A stretch of 64,000 nucleotides of DNA from Eledone cirrhosa (taxonomy: Eukaryota), in contig OZ024740.1 in assembly GCA_964016885.1 (NCBI GenBank), positions 310,992,001-311,056,000 of the forward strand. Direction: 5' to 3'. A program made the position numbers and the translations under genes. Shown here piece after piece: positions 41,977 through 56,195 of this stretch (position 1 is the stretch's first letter; each line of letters begins with the position of its first letter). The notes beneath the pieces were generated by a model, which was not told where the DNA came from, searched no databases, and was given only the letters and a program-made list of their open reading frames with translations.

Positions 41977-44497
41977 TTTCTATTTATTTGCCACGAGGGC
42001 ACAAAAGAAGGGGACAAATACAAGGGGGGGTGTTACATAAAGTAACGAGTAAAAAAAACAAATAACAAATATAAAATTAACAATACAGTCCTCAATAGGG
42101 CGGAGGCGTTTTGGGGGTTACACCCCCCCACCCCCCGAAAAAGTGGGTAACCCTTTTCCTTAGGAGCACAGAGAGGGGATGCTCCTTTGCACTTCCACCT
42201 TTCCACCTACAGGCTGATAAAGAGAGAAGGCCCATTCACACGGGCCATTCTCGCTACTTTCACCCACCTTTCTTAAAACTTGCTGGGGTAGAGCACCTCT
42301 CTCTCCATTCTGATCCTTCTCTTAAAATGGTATTTAAAGAAAAGGACCAGTTGCTGGCCGGAGAGAAAGGTGTCCGACCTCAGCCCTTTCAAACGTGTCC
42401 ACCATACCACCTCTTTCACCATGGCTATTACACAGAGGAAGACTGCCTCTCCTTCATTTTTTAAGGGGGGAGGCGGCTTGATCGAAGGGTGTTGACAGCA
42501 GATGGATCTCCTCACCAAAGGAGCCCGCTTCTTCCAAAGGAATTGGAAGAGTGCGCGCTCCATTTTGGTGAGCGTTTCCCTTGGGAAAGGCACGACGGTC
42601 AGGCCGTAATAGATGATGGACGTTATATAAGCGTTCGCCACCTCCGCCCGACCTTTCAGGGATAGTTTGCACTCAGCCCACTTCCGCGTCAGCGCAAACA
42701 CCCTGTTCGATACTCACCCCAGTTCTTCTCCACCTCGAGGTCTGGCCCGAACCAGACCACGAGCAACATCACCGGGCCCTACGTCCAACGACGCCGTTGG
42801 AGGCCATCGGTTTGCCCCTCCACTCGCCGAGTTGCAAACCGACTGACTTGTCCCGGTTCAGCTTAGCCCCTGTAAACGTTTCGTATTCCTCCAGTTAGGT
42901 GCCGATCACTCCGATTTCCGAGGCGGTTGACACCAATACTGTCACGTCATCGGCGTAGGCCCACACCGCTTTCCGCAATCCCGGTTCCAAAGGGAGGCTC
43001 TGTAACAACTCCAACTTCCGCAGCAGTGGCTATAGGGCCAATACATACAGAAGGGAGGAGAGAGGGCATCCCTGTCGGATGGACCGCGTGATTTCGAACG
43101 GTTCCGGGAGGTAGCCGTTCACCTTGACCCTAGAGCAGATGCGGCTGCTGTGCATGGCAGTGATCCATCCCCTGAAAATGGGTCCGAAACCTGCCGCCAC
43201 TAGCACCGCATCCAGGTAACGATGGTAGACCCTATCGAACGTTTCAGATTGATCCAAGCTTATCAGGGCCCCGCCAAAGCCGGGTTCGTTCCCAACCCTC
43301 TCTATGATGTATCGCGTGAGATGGAGGTTGTCGTGAATGGACCTGGACGGGATGGCGCATGTCTGCGCATCTCCCACCAGGTTCCCGACGACAAGTGCCA
43401 ACCTCTTTGCTAACACCTTGGCCAAAATCTTAAACTCTGCATTTAGCAGTGTTATGGGCCTAAAATTACTTATTTCATCCCCCTTGTTCTCGTCCTTCCT
43501 CACTAGCGAGACTACGCCCTTGGTCACAGAACAGGGAATTCTCCCGTTCTGTTGCCAGTTGCAGTAGACCGCTTCGAGGAGATCGAAGAACAAGTCCGGC
43601 ATACTTAAATACAGTTCGTATGGAAGACCATCGAGGCCCGGAGATTTGCGTCTGCCGCATTGGCTCAGCACGTCCCCTATTTCAGCAGCTGAGATCGGCC
43701 TCTCGCAGTACTTCGCCTCCTCGTCCGAAAGACGCGGCAGGCCGTCGAGGTATGGACCGAGGTCCACATCCCCATCTGGCCCCTCGTCCCTTCCGAACAA
43801 TCGGGCAAAGTGCCTTTGAAAGACCTCGCACATCTGCTTAGGTTCAACGATCACCCGTCCATCCTGGTCTCGCAAAGACCGGATAGTGGATCTAGCCCCC
43901 TCTCTGTTTACATTTGTCGAAATGTGGTTTTCTTGTTTTTTGTTGTTACAATTTTTATTTTTTGTTGTGTCTGTGTTATTTATGTTGGTGTATGCGTTCA
44001 CATTTTTTTCCCCGTTGGGGTTAGACTCCATTTTTTGAAAATGTTCACTTATATTTTCAGTATCCGAGAGACTTGTAGTCACAGCTACTAGTTCTCTTTC
44101 AGCTTTTGCTGGTGGGCGTGGCGCCGTGAAAAGTTGAAACGGCATCCATTAATTTTGGCAATTTCTCCGAGTCAATTTTTTTCACATTTTTTTCATTAGG
44201 GTTAGGCTCCATTTTTTCAATGTTTCTAATAATTATTATTCTTTCAGTAGGGAGGCTCTCCTTCAGTTTGTTTAGTGGGCGTGTCATCGTTACCTGTGGT
44301 AATGGCTTCCATTACCACTAGCGTAGAGACAATTACAAGATTTTTAGGATGAAAAATTTCACCCCAAAAAGGATAAATAAATTAACCCTAATGTCCGAAG
44401 ACCCAGGCTAGGGAGTTAATTAACACAATAACGCAAGAATACAGACAAACACTTACTGTTAACACGTAATAACACGTAGCATCACTCAGCAAGACCT
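41977..44497 (-). mobile_element. Tx1/L1-clade LINE, internally deleted and frameshifted
   Basis: ORF 43030-44145 (KSPGLDGLPYE, FRPITLLN, RQGCPLS), AYADDV at about 42950, ORF 42273-42701; related to 1-2028; 5' boundary uncertain. Confidence 0.85.
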
Positions 44498-44519
44498 TTG
44501 TCAGCTGCTCTCCAGCTAT

Positions 44520-45120
44520 CTAAAGTTGTATATAGCTATGGTGCGGCAACACTTAGAATTTGCATCATCAGTCTGGAACCCCTTCTTGCTCAGAATATTC
44601 ACCTCCTGGAAACTATTCAGAGATGTGCAACCAAGCGAATACCCTCCATCAGACATCCACCATACTCTGAACGCCTTGCTTCCCTGGGCATGGATACATT
44701 GAAGATCCGACGTCTGGCAACTGACTTGGTAAACACCCACAAAATTATTAACCATCTTGCCAACAACAACCCTGAGCACCTTTTTTGATTTCCTTGTGTC
44801 TAACATACGTGGACATGCCTACAAAAAAAAACAGCACAGCTCCCATGACTTTCGGAAACATATTTTCATGCTCAGATTTACTGAAGCATGGAACAAACTA
44901 CCTGCATCAGTTGTTGGCTGTCGAGACTCTGTATCCTTTCAAATCTCCAACACTATACCTGATATCCCCCCCTCCATACATGCGCACACATGTATTTCAT
45001 GACTCATACACTGTTCATTTTCCTTGACATTTGAACATTATTCTATGTACTATACATGCACATTTGATGAGTTGTAGTGCACCTGAGCACTGTACACAAA
45101 AATTTCCTTATTATATTATT
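44520..45120 (+). mobile_element. CR1-clade LINE 3' fragment
   Basis: LETIQRCATKRIP..YSERLASLG..TL..RRL..DL; RGH, AWNKLPASVV; TTA-rich tail. Confidence 0.8.
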
Positions 45121-45601
45121 AGATAGATAGATACATGTACGGATGTGTAAACAGTCCGACAGACCGACCGATTGACAGGCAGACAGATAGATAGATATCA
45201 GGATGGGCATGTGTGCGTTTAAATAAACACAGAAGAATAATTAATCTTTTGGCAGAAAGTACTGTTAGACTATTGGAATAGTCCATTACTTATACTGACG
45301 TATTTACATCAATCAGGAACGATCAAACGGACTGAGTGATCATTTAATATCTCAACCAGATAGCATTGCTACTTTTGAAAGGTAGTGAAAAATATTTTTC
45401 GATTAATGTAGTGAGGGAGTATAATTTGGAATGCTTAAATACATGCCAGACGCTATATAGACAGATAGCTGTGTGGGAACCTAGATGGAAACGAAATATT
45501 TCATCATTGAAAGTGCACAGCAACTAAACAGGTATCATGACTTTATGTTAATGTAAATTACACGAATAAGATAGGAAGAAAAAAAACATCTGCACATATA
45601 A

Positions 45602-45673
<72 letters not shown>

Positions 45674-46329
45674 GTGTGTGTGTCGCGGGTGGGAGGCACA
45701 CAAGGGAATCAGGGGACAAGCAATTTAAACGTGAGAATTTAAGTCAAAGTGAAAAAGAGAAGACACAATAAGCAGAAAAAATATGAACGTGTGTACAGTG
45801 GAAATATGAACGTCGAATAGAAGAAGAAAAAAAGGATCTGACATTTCGAGTTAAACTCTTCTCAAAATAGAGTAAGATAAGAAAAGAATAGTGAGAAAAA
45901 GTGCTAGAAAGATACCAGGGTGGAGAAAAGGTGTGATTTAAATGGCTACGGTAGAACAAGAAATGGACAAACAGGATAGCAGTAAGAGCAGATAGAGGGG
46001 GTTGCTGAACTGGCTGATGGTAAGAACTGATGGATAAGAGAATATAAGAGGGTGAGGAAGAAATGGGGTTGGGGAGGGTGGAGGCAGAGATGGGAGGTGA
46101 TCTGCTTGTGTAAAAGTGTACAGGGGGTACTTACCCGTAAATAAGAGGTGGGGTGGTAAAACTCGATAGTAGTGGGACCTGGTAGGGAGAGAGCGGGGAT
46201 GAGAAAGAAAGAAGATGAGGAAAGTTGGAGACAGATAATCTGCGTTTATAGAAATATACGATCTCTAACAGACTGCCAAATGCTGAGGGACAGAAATATT
46301 TTCACTTCTCAGCTAAGGAAGGTGTAATG

Positions 46330-46790
46330 TGTCCAAACACGGAAGAGCCGAGCTCCCACCGTCATCGCCCCAACTCTCTCGCCCTCACCATCTATAGTGA
46401 GCAAATGGGATCCCATGAGCTGGCCGCCCGACAGCCCCGGCGGACTGAATGGAGGAGGCGTTTCGCCGGAGGATGGTAAGGGAGATGCGTTGGAAGAGCC
46501 ATTCCATATCGCGAGCCTCACACCTGCGGCTGGCCAGCTCAGCGCCTATGGTGGTGAGTAGGGTGGTAGCCCTGGGGCCAAGGACACCAGAAGTCTTCAC
46601 TTCCAAGGGCACGACCGCAAACATGTTGGAGAGCGACCGGTACTTGGAGAGTTTGCCCTCCTCAGTCCGAAGTGCAGCAGAACCAGGGTTAGTCGCAGAC
46701 TACACCAGGTTACGGCTAGAGAAAGTGTCGCTGCAAGTGGCATCCCAGACGAGTGGTTTGCCACCGCGGAATGGGAAGATAGTCATACCG
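46330..46790 (-). mobile_element. 3' fragment of the CRE-type element
   Basis: [22 protein letters not shown]; similar to 18925-19275. Confidence 0.85.
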
Positions 46791-47052
46791 TTAACAAACA
46801 ATAGGGGTCGTATGTATGAATGTGTGAGGAGTTTGTATAATTTATATTGAACTTTTATTCACACCATTCAAACCAGTCAAAATAACAGATTACGCTCTGT
46901 TAATTAAAATAGACCATGTCAATAGGTATTTTACTCAATCTTACCTGCTGCTAAAACTCATTTGACCATAATCGTTTGATCAACTGATATTTTAAAAAAA
47001 AAGAAGAAATATGGGCTACAAATGAACTATAGAAGTACAAATATAACAATAA

Positions 47053-47433
47053 TCTTTATATATATAAAAGCGAGGATGTGTGTGTGTCTGTGTACAACGT
47101 TGCATACGTAAGGCTTTTACAATTACCAACTGAATTTGACCAAATTTTCTGTGCACGTTGCACAGGTCGCTAAGATTGTCACATCACAAACATTTTTCAA
47201 ATCGACCCACGTTGAGCAATAAAAAATCGATATCAAAATGATCGGTAGCAAAATTGATGTAAGGGAGATAACCAACTTTATTAACAATCCTTATAAAAAA
47301 TGGAGATAACCAACTTTATTGACAAATATAAACATCAGATTCATTTGATGATAAATCACTAATATTATCGTTTGTTTCTTGTTTATTCTTTGTTGCATAT
47401 CAAACCCCGGGCAACGCCGGGTAAATCTTCTAG
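47053..47433 (+). mobile_element. Non-autonomous Helitron
   Basis: 5' TC (tctttatatatataaaa), subterminal hairpin cccgg-gcaacg-ccggg, 3' CTAG, inserted between A and T. Confidence 0.8.
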
Positions 47434-47742
47434 TTAATAATAAAGAAAGAAATTTGGTGAAAACTTCCTAACCCAATAAATAACATAACAAGAGTAACTA
47501 ATCAATGAAATATAAGGCCTCAGATAGCCACGAAATAGAATCAAAAGGCAAAAAGAGCAAACCCATGAGGATTAAACTAAAGGAACAAGTACAAATAAAA
47601 TCACTTCACTGAACTCCACAATGGTGTGAAAATCAAGTAGAAAGAAAGAACATTCAGGTAGGTAAAGTATATCTTCCACAAATATTGAGTAATTCCTTCC
47701 TCATTCGTTCACAAACAGTACTTCCACACAATCACATACATG

Positions 47743-47785
<43 letters not shown>

Positions 47786-47919
47786 TTTCTTGCAATATTA
47801 TTACAATATGACCCTCCCCAAGTATAACAATATATATATACACACATACATGTATGTATATATGTATGTATATATGTATGTATATATGTATGTGTATATA
47901 TATATATATGTGTATATAC

Positions 47920-47960
<41 letters not shown>

Positions 47961-50149
47961 CATACAGGAAGGGGAGTCTGGGCGGGAAAGAGTATGACAG
48001 AGAGAATGGGAGACAGGCACACAGAAAGAGAGAGTTGTAGAGGGGGTAATAGTTATGAAGGAGAGTCTATTGATGGGAAGATATATAGGTAGAAAGAATA
48101 CGCAGGTGTGTAATTTGGGAAATATATGTTTGCGTGTATGTGTTAGTAGTTACAATACATAGAATGTTTCATAGTGATAAACATTAATTTCCTTTAAAAG
48201 AAGTGAGAGTACGGATTAAATAAAGTTGAAGAGATAAGCAATATATAGAGAGAGGAAAATAGAGAAAGAAACAGAAAAAACGGAGAGAGGGGGGGGGGGG
48301 GGGTTTAAAGGTATATTTACAATATCAAAAGTAGGCATGGTATAAACTTCGTTTCTATGACAACCCGCCTACGTCATCATTGGTGGTTCAAAGTAAGATA
48401 CATACGAAACAGGTGATCTAAGGTGATATTTTATGCCACAGAGGAGAAAGGTAGTCTTAAGAAGTCTTGAAAACATATATAAACATGTAGAGTTTGAATG
48501 CAGCTTTAACAATACAATTAAATTAATAGACTGATAGGTAAGTAGATAAGTAGAGAGATGTACAGATAGATAGACAGACTATCAGACTGTCAAACGGGTA
48601 GACAGACAAACAAGCAGACGGACAAACAGGGAGACAGACAACCAGGCAGACAGACAGGCAAATAGCGATTATAGATAGACAAACAGATTGACTGAGGCAG
48701 AAAGACAGACAGAAAGAGGCAGAGAGAGAGGGAGACTGATAGAAACAGACAGAAAAATAGGCACAGGCAGGCTGAAAAACAGACAGATGAAGTGAATTCA
48801 GTATATAGAATGAAATAAAAACTGTTCAATAAAATATAGGGCGAGAAATAAAATTCTAATTTTATTTTTAATATTCGGCACGGCCAGCCGTAACTTGGTC
48901 GGTATGCAAATGACGCTACTCAGCCAATGTGTACTTAAGAAAATACTAAATATTTTCAACCGTTCAACAGACTGGCAGAGGTAATGACCCAGAAACATGT
49001 TGATGGTTCCTCAAAGCCAGTGTTGAACAAACAGGTGACGATCGGTCAACGGCACGGCACGGCTTCAAATTGGACCGTTTGTTTACAAACGAATCGAACC
49101 CATATATACATGTGTGTATGTACATGTGTGTGTGAGTGTATATATATTTACACGTGTGTGTGTACGTGGGCATATTTACATAAATGAAGTGATTAACAAT
49201 GTGCCATGGCAACAAATCAGCTAAGAAGTCTAAAAGTAGTCACTTAACCCGCTAGAACTAACAATAACAACACCATTAAATCACTCCTAACCATCTTGAA
49301 AAGACGACAAGGGAAATATTGAAGCGCGTAGTCCTAGATGTACTATATCTGATATCAAGATGGCTACGTAGTGTTCTCAATCACATATATCTTGAAGCTA
49401 AAGAATACAAAATAACAAGTCACCGTGAACCTCTATTGGGTAGTCTAATGTTACTTGAATACTCTGTTAGATGCAATTGGCTATATGACCGATAGCGTAT
49501 AAGCCAATTCTTGAGTTTTATCCTGTGAGAATACCTCCAATGCTATATTCATGTCATCTACCTAGCGGAGGGATATAGTTAGGATAGGAAGTTAATAATT
49601 AAGCTTTCTCTACGTCTCTTTTCCTACCATACCACAAAGATGTTAACCACGTCACTACTCCGATGACCGCTCAATATGTTTTTATACCTACCCCAATCAT
49701 TTCCCTCAACTTGTTTTCGGGGGTAGGTATATTACTGGTCCATTTATTCCATCTTTCTATGGAGGTCGTTTATTTTTTTTGTCATTGCAATAACGGTTGG
49801 TGATGTACCTATGTCTGGCTCGGTAGGACAGAAGCTATTGTGATACCTGTGCAGATAACCATTCATAGATATCTGGAAATGTGGAATGGGTGGGTTATAC
49901 AGGTACTAAACTAACCGATGAGTTGATTAGTTACCTCACTAATATAAAACCAATGAAACTCAACTATTTTTATTGGCAGCGTCACCCTTCCAAAGTATAG
50001 CAATATATACTATTTTTATTTATAAAAGGATATAAACATAAATAAACCCAGATAGATGCACACACACACACACACACATACACACGCACACGCATACACA
50101 CACGCGCACACATACACACACACACACACACATACACACACACACATAC

Positions 50150-50203
<54 letters not shown>

Positions 50204-50618
50204 TAGGGTGTGGTAAAAACCAGGTAGACCATAATCCAGCAGAGTACCCGATATTTGGTGTAGTACAGTGGGTGATATGAAAAGATTTATACATATGCAA
50301 GTGTGTAAGTATTCAATATGAGTATGTGCTATAGTTTTCAAATTTACATACAGGTGTATGTGCATGTTTAAATGAGTTTATTTGTATAATTGTTGCGTAT
50401 GGTGATTGTTTTCTTCGATGTTTCGCCGATGTTATTGAATTACCAAAGTTTGCTACTCTGATAAGTTAATAACCTCGGCGAAATGTCCACGTAACCATTC
50501 ACCGATAACAACAATTGTTTACCACACAAACGCATAAAACAAGCTTCATGTGTGTCTGACTGTATTTATGTGCGTATTTATATATGTACAATGTACACAC
50601 ACACACACATATATATAA

Positions 50619-50681
<63 letters not shown>

Positions 50682-50686
<5 letters not shown>

Positions 50687-50803
50687 CTGTGTGCATATAT
50701 GTATATTTGTGTGCATGCAGGTTGCGCTTCATTGTTTCCTTTAAATCATTATTATTAACTTTTAAGTACATTCTATTTAATCCGAAAACATAGTCTCCCA
50801 TAC

Positions 50804-50839
<36 letters not shown>

Positions 50840-50840
50840 A

Positions 50841-50880
<40 letters not shown>

Positions 50881-51000
50881 TATGGGAGACTATGTTTTCG
50901 GATTAAATAGAATGTACTTAAAAGTCAATAATAATGTTTTAAAGGAAACAATGAAGCGCAACCTGCATGCACACAAATATACATATATGCACACAGATAC
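50682..51000. repeat. Inverted duplication centred on (CA)n(TA)n(TG)n
   Basis: About 120 bp unique arms with a few mismatches; mirrored ORFs 50499-50828 and 50849-51037. Confidence 0.9.
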
Positions 51001-51541
51001 TCATACACACAAATATACGTATAAATACAGAGACTGAAGTAGAGACAGAGATGGATAGATGACAGCAAGATGGATAGATTTACTGAAGAAATAAAACTAT
51101 TAATCTAAAGGATTTGGATTCGATAAAAAATAAATCATCTCTGATGTGTTTCAAGCAAAGCAAATTTAGATTAACAGATAGGAAATAATTAAAGAAAATG
51201 CTCATTGTAAAATTAATTAGAGGAAAATCTTCACCAAACCTTTAGTTTTACATAAATTGAAGATTGAATAAATTATTCTACAACGCAGTAAATGTACATT
51301 GATTTAAAATAGTAAGTAAGAGTACAGAATCGTATGCACAGACAGAGGCGTTAAATAGAAACAATGTTTTATTAATATAATTGTTTTTAAATCATAAACA
51401 AATCTATTTCAAATAGCAACAACACTACATATATTTAAAAACGGAAAATGGAGGGAAAAGCTAGAGCATTGCAACCATGTGGTTCCAAGTTCGATGCTCT
51501 GCTGACATGTTATATATATATATATTTATTTATATATATAT

Positions 51542-52741
51542 AACAACCAGAATGGATTTAGGAGAGGTAGATCAACACTTAGCCAGATTCTCTGCCTTCG
51601 CCGACTTATAGAGGAGTCCCAAAACCGCAATCTAGACCTTGCACTCATCTTTGTTGATTTTTCGAAAGCCTTCGACTCAGTTGACAGGTCGGGGATGTTT
51701 GAAATTCTACAACTCTATGGGATTCCTGATAAAATCATCGCGGCCATACGTGTAATGTATACGGATACCAAATCAACTGTCCTGACCCCAGATGGGGAAA
51801 CACCACCTTTCTCAATCCTCGCTGGAATTTTACAGGGCGATACCCTTGCTCCGTATCTATTTATCATTGTTGTGGATTATGTTTTGCGCATGTCTGTGGA
51901 TAGGATTCAGGATAGGGGATACCAACTACAGCCTAGGAGAAGCTCACGCTACCCAGCAAAATACTTGACCGACACCGACTTTGCTGACGACATCGCATTG
52001 ATCAGTCGGTCACTGGAAAATGCTGAGAGTCTTTTGAAGTCATTAGAGCAAGCGTCCAACTGTGTTGGATTGTACCTCAACGAATCCAAGACTGAGTATG
52101 TGAACAGATGCGCAAACAGCCCAAACTACCCCTTCAGAACCCTTAATGGTACCACCCTTAAGCAGGTGGAAGATTACAAGTATCTTGGCTCATATATCTC
52201 CTCCTCCAAAAAAGATTTTCTAACCAGGAAGGGTATGGCATGGTCAGCGTGCAATGACATGCACGCCATATGGACATCTCAACTTACCAACAAGCTGAAA
52301 CTGAAAATATTCCAAGCAACCATTAAGCCCATATTACTTTATGGATCTGAAACCTGGACACTAACATCACAACTTGAGAGGAGATTGGATGGCACATATA
52401 CCCGCCTCTTAATGAGAGTGCAAAACCTATCCTGGAAACGACATCCCACCTTGTCTAAAATCTATGGCAAACTCCCTCGAGCCTCTGCCCTTCTAAAATC
52501 CCGGAGAGCTCAATTTTCTGGCCACTGTCACCGTGCCAGCAATGAAATCATATCCGCTCTCTTGCTCTGGAACCCTGACTCCAGCCTGACTAGGAGTAGG
52601 AAGCTGTCATTTCCTGATGTTATCTCTAGGGATACGGGAATCAGTAGACAGGACCTGGGGGCAGCGATGGGGGACAGGGAATTCTGGGGCATGAGAGTGA
52701 GATCCATCATCTCGACAGTAGTCGACGAATGATGATGATGA

Positions 52742-52746
<5 letters not shown>
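51542..52746 (+). mobile_element. 5'-truncated RTE/RTEX-like LINE with intact RT frame, inserted in (TA)n
   Basis: Open from NNQNGFRRGRST through FVDFSKAFDSV, GILQGDTLAP, DFADD, YKYLGS, LLYGSETW to the stop at 52732; (GAT)n tail. Confidence 0.9.
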
Positions 52747-52792
<46 letters not shown>

Positions 52793-52852
52793 ATATATAG
52801 TAATAATAATAAATTTGAGGACTAAAATCCAAAAAGGGCTCGATACTTTGTT

Positions 52853-52903
52853 AGTTTCAGAAGATCCCGTTAAGGGAGAAACCAGCGATTCTTTGCTTAA
52901 ACT
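52853..52903 (+). ncRNA. CAGAAGA-core hammerhead-like motif, second copy
   Basis: agttt CAGAAGA tccc-gttaa-ggga GAAA ...tgc TT aaact. Confidence 0.5.
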
Positions 52904-52922
52904 TTAATCTGTTATTTTAATA

Positions 52923-52987
<65 letters not shown>

Positions 52988-53447
52988 GTGTTAAACGATA
53001 TTCAATGATTATGTCAATGAATGAATTTATAAAAATAATATATAAATAACCAGCAAATAATCCTGAAATACGGAGTCTTCACCCTAATATTATAAATTAA
53101 ATATTTTCAAATTTAACCGTTTAACTTTCGGAAAAAATCTCCTTCTGCATATATCACCCCCCCCCCCCCCTTTATATTTCCCTCTTTATAAATCCTTTTC
53201 CAGTGGCTATCACTGGCTGTTATGATTCATGAGACGTTTTCCTAGATATATCGTAGTATCATACATTTTAAAACCTTTAGAACAGTTACAGTATGCAACG
53301 TTTTTTCTTACTCACACATTCTCTAATGAATTTATTACGTTTTCGCATTTTCTCATAATTAGGCTATATAAGTAAAATTTTCTCTTGGGTTAATCACTAC
53401 CTTGATTAAATCTTAACCATTTAACATCACAGGGTATGTCATGTATC

Positions 53448-53510
53448 ATTATATTTTGTCTGATGAGGACGTACTGTTGTACATCCGAAATATGTATAAT
53501 AAAATGTAAT
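53448..53510 (+). ncRNA. Minimal type I hammerhead ribozyme
   Basis: attatattttgt CTGATGA ggacgtac-tgtt-gtacatcc GAAA TATGTA TA ataaaatgtaat. Confidence 0.85.
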
Positions 53511-53545
53511 TGATCAAAAGAACATCTATTTTATTAATATTTATA

Positions 53546-53577
<32 letters not shown>

Positions 53578-53938
53578 AGTTTATACCGGGTTCATAGTAA
53601 GAAAGGTACTCATACTTTCTCCCGAATGAAACAGTTCTAAGTCCTGTCGAAGCCATATCTATATTATATATATATATATGTGTGTGTGTAAGTCCGAAGA
53701 AAACTGGTGAGAGAACCGAGGTCTGCACTCGATGCAGAGCAAAGTGTATATAATATGCATGTTTGTGTCTGGCTGGTTCGTCCACAGATTTGATGTGATT
53801 TTTGTTGTGTTAACACTGATCTGAGGATCAGGCAAACTTGGAGTCTGGTCTGGGGTGCCAGCCCAGATCATGAGCCGGCTGACTGGGAAACATTTATAAC
53901 CAGGATTGAACAATAAATCTCATATGTAATACCTCCAC

Positions 53939-54875
53939 TTGGAGGGGTGGGTCGGTTTTTTTATTAAGGGTCCGCTTTTTATTTGGGGGCTCCGTTTTTT
54001 ATTTGGGGGCGTTTTTTATTTGTGGGGGGCCGTTTTTTATTTGGTGAGGGATCCGTATTTTAATTTGAAGGGCCCGTTTTTTATATGTGGGGGGGGTGGC
54101 TTTTTTATTCGGGAGGGGAACCATTTTTTATTGGGGGGGGTCCATCTTTTATTATGAGAGTCCGTTTTTTATTTGGAGGGGGTTATTTGTGTGATCCATT
54201 TTTTATTGGGGGGCTCGTTTGTTTTTTATTTTGGAGAGCCATTTTTTTTATTGGGGGAGAGGGGGGCATTTTTTATTTGGCGGGTCGGTTTTTTTATTTA
54301 GGTGGGATCTGTTTTTTATTTGGGAGATCCATTTTTAATTGGTGATGTACATTTTTTATAGGGGGGTCCGTATTTTATATTTGGGATGGGCGTTTTTTAT
54401 TTGGGGGATCCAATTTTTATTTGGGGGATACATTTTTTATTTCGGAGGTTCATTTTTTATTTAGGGGTGCCCGTTTTTTATTTGGGAGAGATCCGTTTTT
54501 TATTTGGGTGATCATTTGTTATTTGGGGGGTGTTCGTTTTTTATTTGGGGCTGTCGCTTTTTTACTTTGTGGGGATCCATTTTTTATTGGGGGGGGGGGT
54601 CCATTTTTTATTTGGCGGTATCCGTTTTTTATTTGGAGCATCCGTTTTTTATTTGGGGTGACGTTTTTTATTTGAGGAATCCATGTTTTATTGGGATCCG
54701 TTTTTTATTTGGGGAGGATCCATTTTTTATTTGCGCGGGGTCAATTTTTTGTTGGTGTGGGTGTCTGTTTTATTTCGGGTGGGGTCATTTTTATGGGAGG
54801 GGGTATTTGGAGAGAGGTGTTTTTATTTGGGTGGGATCCATTTTTTATTTAGGGGGAACCATTTTTTATTTGATT
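53939..54875. repeat. Degenerate minisatellite, about 21-22 bp unit (ccgttttttatttggggggat)
   Basis: About 40 units of alternating T-run and G-run. Confidence 0.9.
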
Positions 54876-55322
54876 CTTGAGATTAAATATAAGATAAGAA
54901 TAATATTTCAATAATATATATCAAGGATATAATTACATAAATGTTGTGCATTTGTCATACTGGGTTAAATATATGAGAAATAATTATTTATTTGGGCAAA
55001 AGTAAGATTAGAATCCAGGACCTTGTGACTAGAAAGCTAACTTCTTATTATAACAACATGACTGATACGTATCCGAACGCAATTGGTCGTAATAGTCGAT
55101 CACTATATTTTGATCGACTATTATAGTCATTTGCGTAAGCGGATACACATTTGAAATTTCATGTGTGCATGTATGTCAGCGTATATGTCAACGTGTGTAA
55201 GGGTGTATATGAATAAGAGTTTGGGTAAGGTCAGATTCTTCATGGACGAAACTTTTGAGAATGTATTCACTCGCTGTTCGCTGTTCTTTAAGGATGAAAG
55301 CAGCGATTCTTTGCTTAAACTT

Positions 55323-56012
55323 TAATCTGTTATTTTAATAAATATTTGCTCTAGGGTTCTTATATATTTGATATATATTTATCCTTATCGAGCCCTCTTC
55401 GGATTTTAATCTTCAAATTTATTATTATTACTATATATATATATGTGTGTAGGATAACAATAAATCGTTAATAGTATTATTAATGTAGTAATAAATACTA
55501 TTATTAATGTAGTAGTTTGAATTTTTAAGTTTACCGTTACGCATGTATTTTGTATTTTTTAATAGTTTCTGATGGAATGATTGAGTTATATGTATTTTAA
55601 ATTGAATTATGCTGTCTTCGGTGTTTAGCAATTTATAGACAACTCTATCATGGAAACAATTGTTAGACTGTAAATAAATCTCCTTATCTGTACTGTTGAC
55701 CATGTTATTCTTAACTTTTTTATTACTCCAAGATATATTTACATAGAGATACAAGTTAAGTCATAAACTCGTCACCCACGTAAACCTCTTGTTGAGTCAC
55801 ATAGCACCGTACGTTTAAACTATCCATGATAAGTAGTTTTCACAGACTCTTATCGGATTACCTTTAACGATTTATTGTTATCCTACACACATATATATAT
55901 ATAGTAATAATAATAAATTTGAAGACTAAAATCCGAAGAGGGCTCGATAAGGATAAATATATATCAAATATATAAGAACCCTAGAGCAAATATTTATTAA
56001 AATAACAGATTA
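55323..56012. repeat. Inverted repeat (about 150 bp arms, 390 bp spacer) spanning an element/(TA)n/element junction
   Basis: About 55323-55471 versus 55864-56012; about 56015-56091 also duplicates about 55636-55712. Confidence 0.85.
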
Positions 56013-56096
56013 GATAGACAACTCTATCATGGAAACAATTGTTAGACTGTAAATAAATCTCCTTATCTGTACTGTTGACCATGTTATTCTTCACTT

Positions 56097-56190
<94 letters not shown>

Positions 56191-56195
<5 letters not shown>

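Noticed and set aside
45831-45875. gag-tttaa-ctc GAAA tg TC on the - strand
   Set aside because: Core reads TTGAGAA and there is no convincing stem I
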